A DNA stretch of 64,000 nt from NCBI GenBank assembly GCA_044229845.1, contig JBGASG010000003.1:416001-480000 (forward strand), given 5' to 3'. Below are positions 60,575-64,000 of this stretch, piece after piece. Every line of letters begins with the position of its first letter. Position 1 is the stretch's first letter. Source of the stretch: Candidatus Obscuribacteraceae bacterium. GTDB taxonomy: Bacteria > Cyanobacteriota > Vampirovibrionia > Obscuribacterales > Obscuribacteraceae. Made by a program: the position numbers and the translations under genes. The notes beneath the pieces are model-generated. The model saw nothing but the letters and a program-made list of their open reading frames with translations. It made no database searches and was not told the DNA's origin.

Positions 60575-61726
60575 CTAGCGTTGGCGAGCCCGGAGGAATT
60601 CCGGTATGTCGAGAATGTCGCTCGCCAGCTTCTTGAACTCGGACGATTTTTGCGGGGCTGCAGCAGCGGCTACAGCTTCCGGCACGCGCGGGAACTGTCC
60701 GGTTTGCGTTGGCGCCTGGGCGGATTGCCTGGTGACCATGCGCGGCGGGGCCGCAGTTGCCATGTCGAATCCGGTTGCGATAACCGTGATCAGAACTTCG
60801 CCATGCAGGCGCTCGTCGATGACGGCTCCAAAGATGATGTTGGATTCGTCGGAAACAGCTGAGTACACAACGTTCGCGGCTTCTTGAACCTCGTGCAACG
60901 TGAGGTCCGGTCCGCCGGTGACGGTGAAGATAACTCCGGAGGCACCATCGATGGTGGTCTCCAGCAATGGGCTGTTGATTGCATTGCGAGCAGCTTCGAC
61001 AGCACGGCCTTCGCCGGTGGCGCGGCCGACGCCCATCAATGCTGAGCCGGCTGCTTGCATGACTGTCTTGACGTCGGCGAAGTCGACGTTAATCAGTCCA
61101 GGAACAGTAATTATGTCGGATATCGCTTGTACGCCTTGCATCAAGACTTTGTCTGCTTCGACAAAAGCATCTTGCATAGAGGCGCGATGATCAACCACTT
61201 CCAGAAGTCTCTGGTTGGGAATGGTGATCAGCGTATCGACGCGCGCTTTCACTTCCGCGATGCCATCTTCGGCTTGGTTAGCGCGACGGCGGCCTTCGAA
61301 GAGGAAGGGCTTGGTGACGACGCCCACGGTGAGGGCGCCCAATTCTTTGGCGATTTCGGCAACGATCGGTGCGGCACCAGTTCCGGTACCACCGCCCATG
61401 CCGGCTGCGATGAAGACCATGTCGGCTCCGACAAGGGCTTCGGCGATTTCTTCATGACTTTCTTCGGCGGCTTTTTGTCCGATTGTCGGATTGCCACCAG
61501 CACCAAGTCCACGGGTCAGCTTGGCACCGATTTGCAAACGGTTTTTCGCTGATGCCAGTTCTAATGCCTGGTGATCGGTATTCGCTGCCCAGAACTCGAT
61601 GCCGTTCAGTCCGGCGGCGATCATTCTGTTGACGGCGTTTGAACCAGCGCCACCAACACCAACGACTTTGATGTTAGCCTTGCTCAATTCTTTAATGGCT
61701 ACTTGTTTTTCGTTTCGCTCCACCAC
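60575..61726 (-). CDS. ftsZ: Cell division protein FtsZ
   Basis: [37 protein letters not shown]-terminal [11 protein letters not shown] start after GAGGAG. Confidence 0.98.
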   Translation of the reverse strand: MVERNEKQVAIKELSKANIKVVGVGGAGSNAVNRMIAAGLNGIEFWAANTDHQALELASAKNRLQIGAKLTRGLGAGGNPTIGQKAAEESHEEIAEALVGADMVFIAAGMGGGTGTGAAPIVAEIAKELGALTVGVVTKPFLFEGRRRANQAEDGIAEVKARVDTLITIPNQRLLEVVDHRASMQDAFVEADKVLMQGVQAISDIITVPGLINVDFADVKTVMQAAGSALMGVGRATGEGRAVEAARNAINSPLLETTIDGASGVIFTVTGGPDLTLHEVQEAANVVYSAVSDESNIIFGAVIDERLHGEVLITVIATGFDMATAAPPRMVTRQSAQAPTQTGQFPRVPEAVAAAAAPQKSSEFKKLASDILDIPEFLRARQR

Positions 61727-62054
61727 GACTAAACTCCTCGTGATTAATAGGACGCAAATTGCATTCTCATTGCACTGACGCAAACACGCGTTTCGAGCCA
61801 GCGATCATAACGTGATGCGTGCCGCTCCGATGTGTCTCGACGAGTGAAATCGTAGTTTGTCCGGCGAGCATTTTCAAGATGTCAAAAGTTCGAGGTTGTT
61901 AAGCTTCCCATCCGGGAGTTACCGAAAAATTCGACTTTTCCCGAGTTGCCAGTCCCTTGACTGAATCGGAGCTTTCCCACGGGCGCCCGATATAAGATGA
62001 ATGGCATGAGACTTTTGAAATGTAACCGGTTCTAACAGCGACTATATCCAATCG

Positions 62055-62978
62055 CTATCCTTTGGTTATTTGACGAGCGCGCAGTTTCTTCAAGGTCTGC
62101 TTATAGTCCGCATTGGCGGGCTCCAACTTGATCGCAGTTTCTTCACTTTTCACAGCCTGATCGAAGTTCTTCTGCGCACCAAGTGTGATGGCGAGCATGT
62201 GATGAGCCTGGGCATACTGCGGGTTTAGCTGAATCGACTTTTCGAAGTTCTTACGCGCTTCGTCCAAATATTTCAAGTCCCTCGCTTCGTCGACTTTCGC
62301 TGCATCGCCTGCAGGACCGGGTTTACCAGCTTTGGCGGCCTGATTCTGATCCAGTTTTGCCTGCACGAAATATCCACTGGCTAGATAGAAATAGGCATCT
62401 GAGTCGTTGGGAGCCAGTTCTATGGCTTTCTTCTCTTCGGAGATTTGGGCTTCGGTGTCGCCTTTTAGCCCCAAGAGCGCACCCAGCTGGCGATGGCAGG
62501 CTGCGTGTTTGGGATCCGCCTTCACCCCCTGCCGGAAAGCCACGATGGCGTCGTCATCGCGCCCCTTCGAATAGTAGGCAATCCCCAACTTGTAGTGATA
62601 ATCCGCCTGATTCGGCTCCAGGCGAGTCGCTTCTTTGTATTCGGCAATTGCCTGATCGAGCTGTCGGTTCTGCAGGTAGGCGCGGGCCAGTCCCACGTGC
62701 GGTTCGGCATTGTCGGGCGCCAATCGGGCAGCGTTTTTGAACTGATATATCGCGTCTTCCGCGTTGCGGGCGAGTAGATAGAAATTGCCGAGCTTGATGC
62801 GCGTAGTCGGATTGTTGGGATTGACTTCGACTGCGGCTTTCCACCTGGCAATGGCAGACTGGATATCTTCTTTATCGTCAGCGAACGCTGGCAGTGGGGA
62901 AGTGGACAAACCGCACAAAATCGCGCCTGCCACCAGTTGTACCATCAGCCCGGTGCTCATCCATTTCTTCATTTGCAT
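62055..62978 (-). CDS. Exported tetratricopeptide repeat protein
   Basis: MQMKKW...PAFA signal peptide, then about 7 TPR units; the upstream ORF extension is probably non-coding. Confidence 0.85.
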   Translation of the reverse strand: MQMKKWMSTGLMVQLVAGAILCGLSTSPLPAFADDKEDIQSAIARWKAAVEVNPNNPTTRIKLGNFYLLARNAEDAIYQFKNAARLAPDNAEPHVGLARAYLQNRQLDQAIAEYKEATRLEPNQADYHYKLGIAYYSKGRDDDAIVAFRQGVKADPKHAACHRQLGALLGLKGDTEAQISEEKKAIELAPNDSDAYFYLASGYFVQAKLDQNQAAKAGKPGPAGDAAKVDEARDLKYLDEARKNFEKSIQLNPQYAQAHHMLAITLGAQKNFDQAVKSEETAIKLEPANADYKQTLKKLRARQITKG

Positions 62979-63069
62979 TGGTTCGTGTTCCAGCTTGGTT
63001 CTAATGCACAAATTACCGCTATTTTTGCGTTCTCGCTGCTGACGGCAGCCTCGGGATTTGGTCGCGCAG

Positions 63070-63101
63070 GACGCGCGATAAACAACGGTATTTCGCGTGC
63101 T
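63070..63101. repeat. Degenerate, nearly symmetric copy (13) of the 28-bp pseudo-palindrome
   Basis: GACGCGCGATAAAC-AACG-GTATTTCGCGTGCT. Confidence 0.65.
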
Positions 63102-63299
63102 GTCCGCTGGGCTCGTGTGCTGGCACCTGTGGACCACGCAAGCATTTGCGCAGCGGGATATTGACATGAAAATCAACCCGCCTGCAAGCCAGTCTGGCTC
63201 ATGTCATGTGCACTAAAGGCTCAAGCGGCGGGCGCGAAATTGCTATATGCTTGGTACCAGCATCAAGGGAACTCGGGCGAGAAGGGCTCAAATACAGCG

Positions 63300-64000
63300 G
63301 TGGATTTATTTAGCGAACTTTTCGGGCAGCACGCCGCTATCAATTTCTGGCGCTATATATTCCCGCCAATTTTTTACGCACTGCATGGTTACATAGCCAC
63401 ATGGATGGCGATTATTCTGCTTTTTCGCCCGTATGAAGCGTGGTACATCCCGGGCACGAAAATTCAGCTGCCCTGGACTCCGGGTATCTTTCCGAAACGG
63501 CGGCACAAACTGGCGCAGGCAGTGGCCGGCACGATCACGACCACATTGCTTACAACCGCCGATATCAAAGCCCAGGCAGAACAATTAGTTACCGAAGAGA
63601 ACATACAGGCGACCGTGAGCGCCGTTGTTGACGCGGTTTTATTGGAGTTTCGCGATACGACCAAACTGCACCGGCTGGCTCAGGATATATCCGCACTCAG
63701 TCCCGCCTTTCTGCCGGTAATCGTAGGCACCGCCATTGATGGCGTGCAAACCGGTCAAGATCAGCGCCTGGCCAAAGCCACGGAGAAGATATTCGATCAG
63801 GTAGTGCTCTCGGTGCGCATCTCAAAGGACCAGGCAGACGAACTTTCAGCCCGCGTCATGGAAACATTCGTGACACCGCAGAAGGTGCGCGGCGCTCTAC
63901 TGACGCTGCTCAGCCCGCAAAACATCATCGCGCTCGATCAATCGATTCAATCGCATGCCAGCGGACCTTACAAGCTTCTGGCGCGCATGATTGGCGTGCG
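63300..64000 (+). CDS. DUF445 family membrane protein (runs off the window end)
   Basis: Not in the ORF track. Manual translation from GTG 63300 gives MDLFSELFGQ...PPIFYALHGYIATWMAIILLFRPY...LPWTPGIFPKRRHKLAQAVA, matching the DUF445 N-terminal pattern. Confidence 0.82.
   Translation, partial: MDLFSELFGQHAAINFWRYIFPPIFYALHGYIATWMAIILLFRPYEAWYIPGTKIQLPWTPGIFPKRRHKLAQAVAGTITTTLLTTADIKAQAEQLVTEENIQATVSAVVDAVLLEFRDTTKLHRLAQDISALSPAFLPVIVGTAIDGVQTGQDQRLAKATEKIFDQVVLSVRISKDQADELSARVMETFVTPQKVRGALLTLLSPQNIIALDQSIQSHASGPYKLLARMIGV

Overview
A 64-kb stretch of core bacterial chromosome, moderately GC-rich and densely coding (about 52 CDS). I found no rRNA, tRNA, CRISPR array, prophage or transposase. 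Several genes look cyanobacterium-like (MreB, RpsB, an RRM protein, the amiC-murI pair, DUF445, an HNH protein, a putative 6S RNA), yet there are no photosynthesis genes and there is a waaA-lpxK-GT9 LPS operon. I infer a non-photosynthetic Cyanobacteriota relative (Vampirovibrionia/Melainabacteria, Obscuribacterales-like). Contents: mreB; a biotin carboxylase-BCCP fusion; ispF; a divergent kynurenine / 3-hydroxyanthranilate catabolic cluster extended by an SDR, a lysine-6-dehydrogenase-like enzyme and BtpA; ribF-recF divergent from gyrB; a tandem double-kinase gene in a phosphatase / lipid kinase / kinase run; LPS genes; priA; rpsB-tsf-pyrH-frr-glmS; hemW; two zinc-ribbon Ser/Thr kinases; udg; amiC-murI; a K+-independent H+-PPase; an orphan DUF6088 gene; ftsZ. 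The most striking unexplained signal is a dispersed 28-bp asymmetric pseudo-palindrome, consensus CGCGMANWAC-NGWY-GTTTTTCGCGYRTT. I count 11 clear and 2 degenerate copies, all intergenic, and one copy fills the whole gap between two convergent stop codons. All protein family calls come from motif recognition by eye, not database searches.
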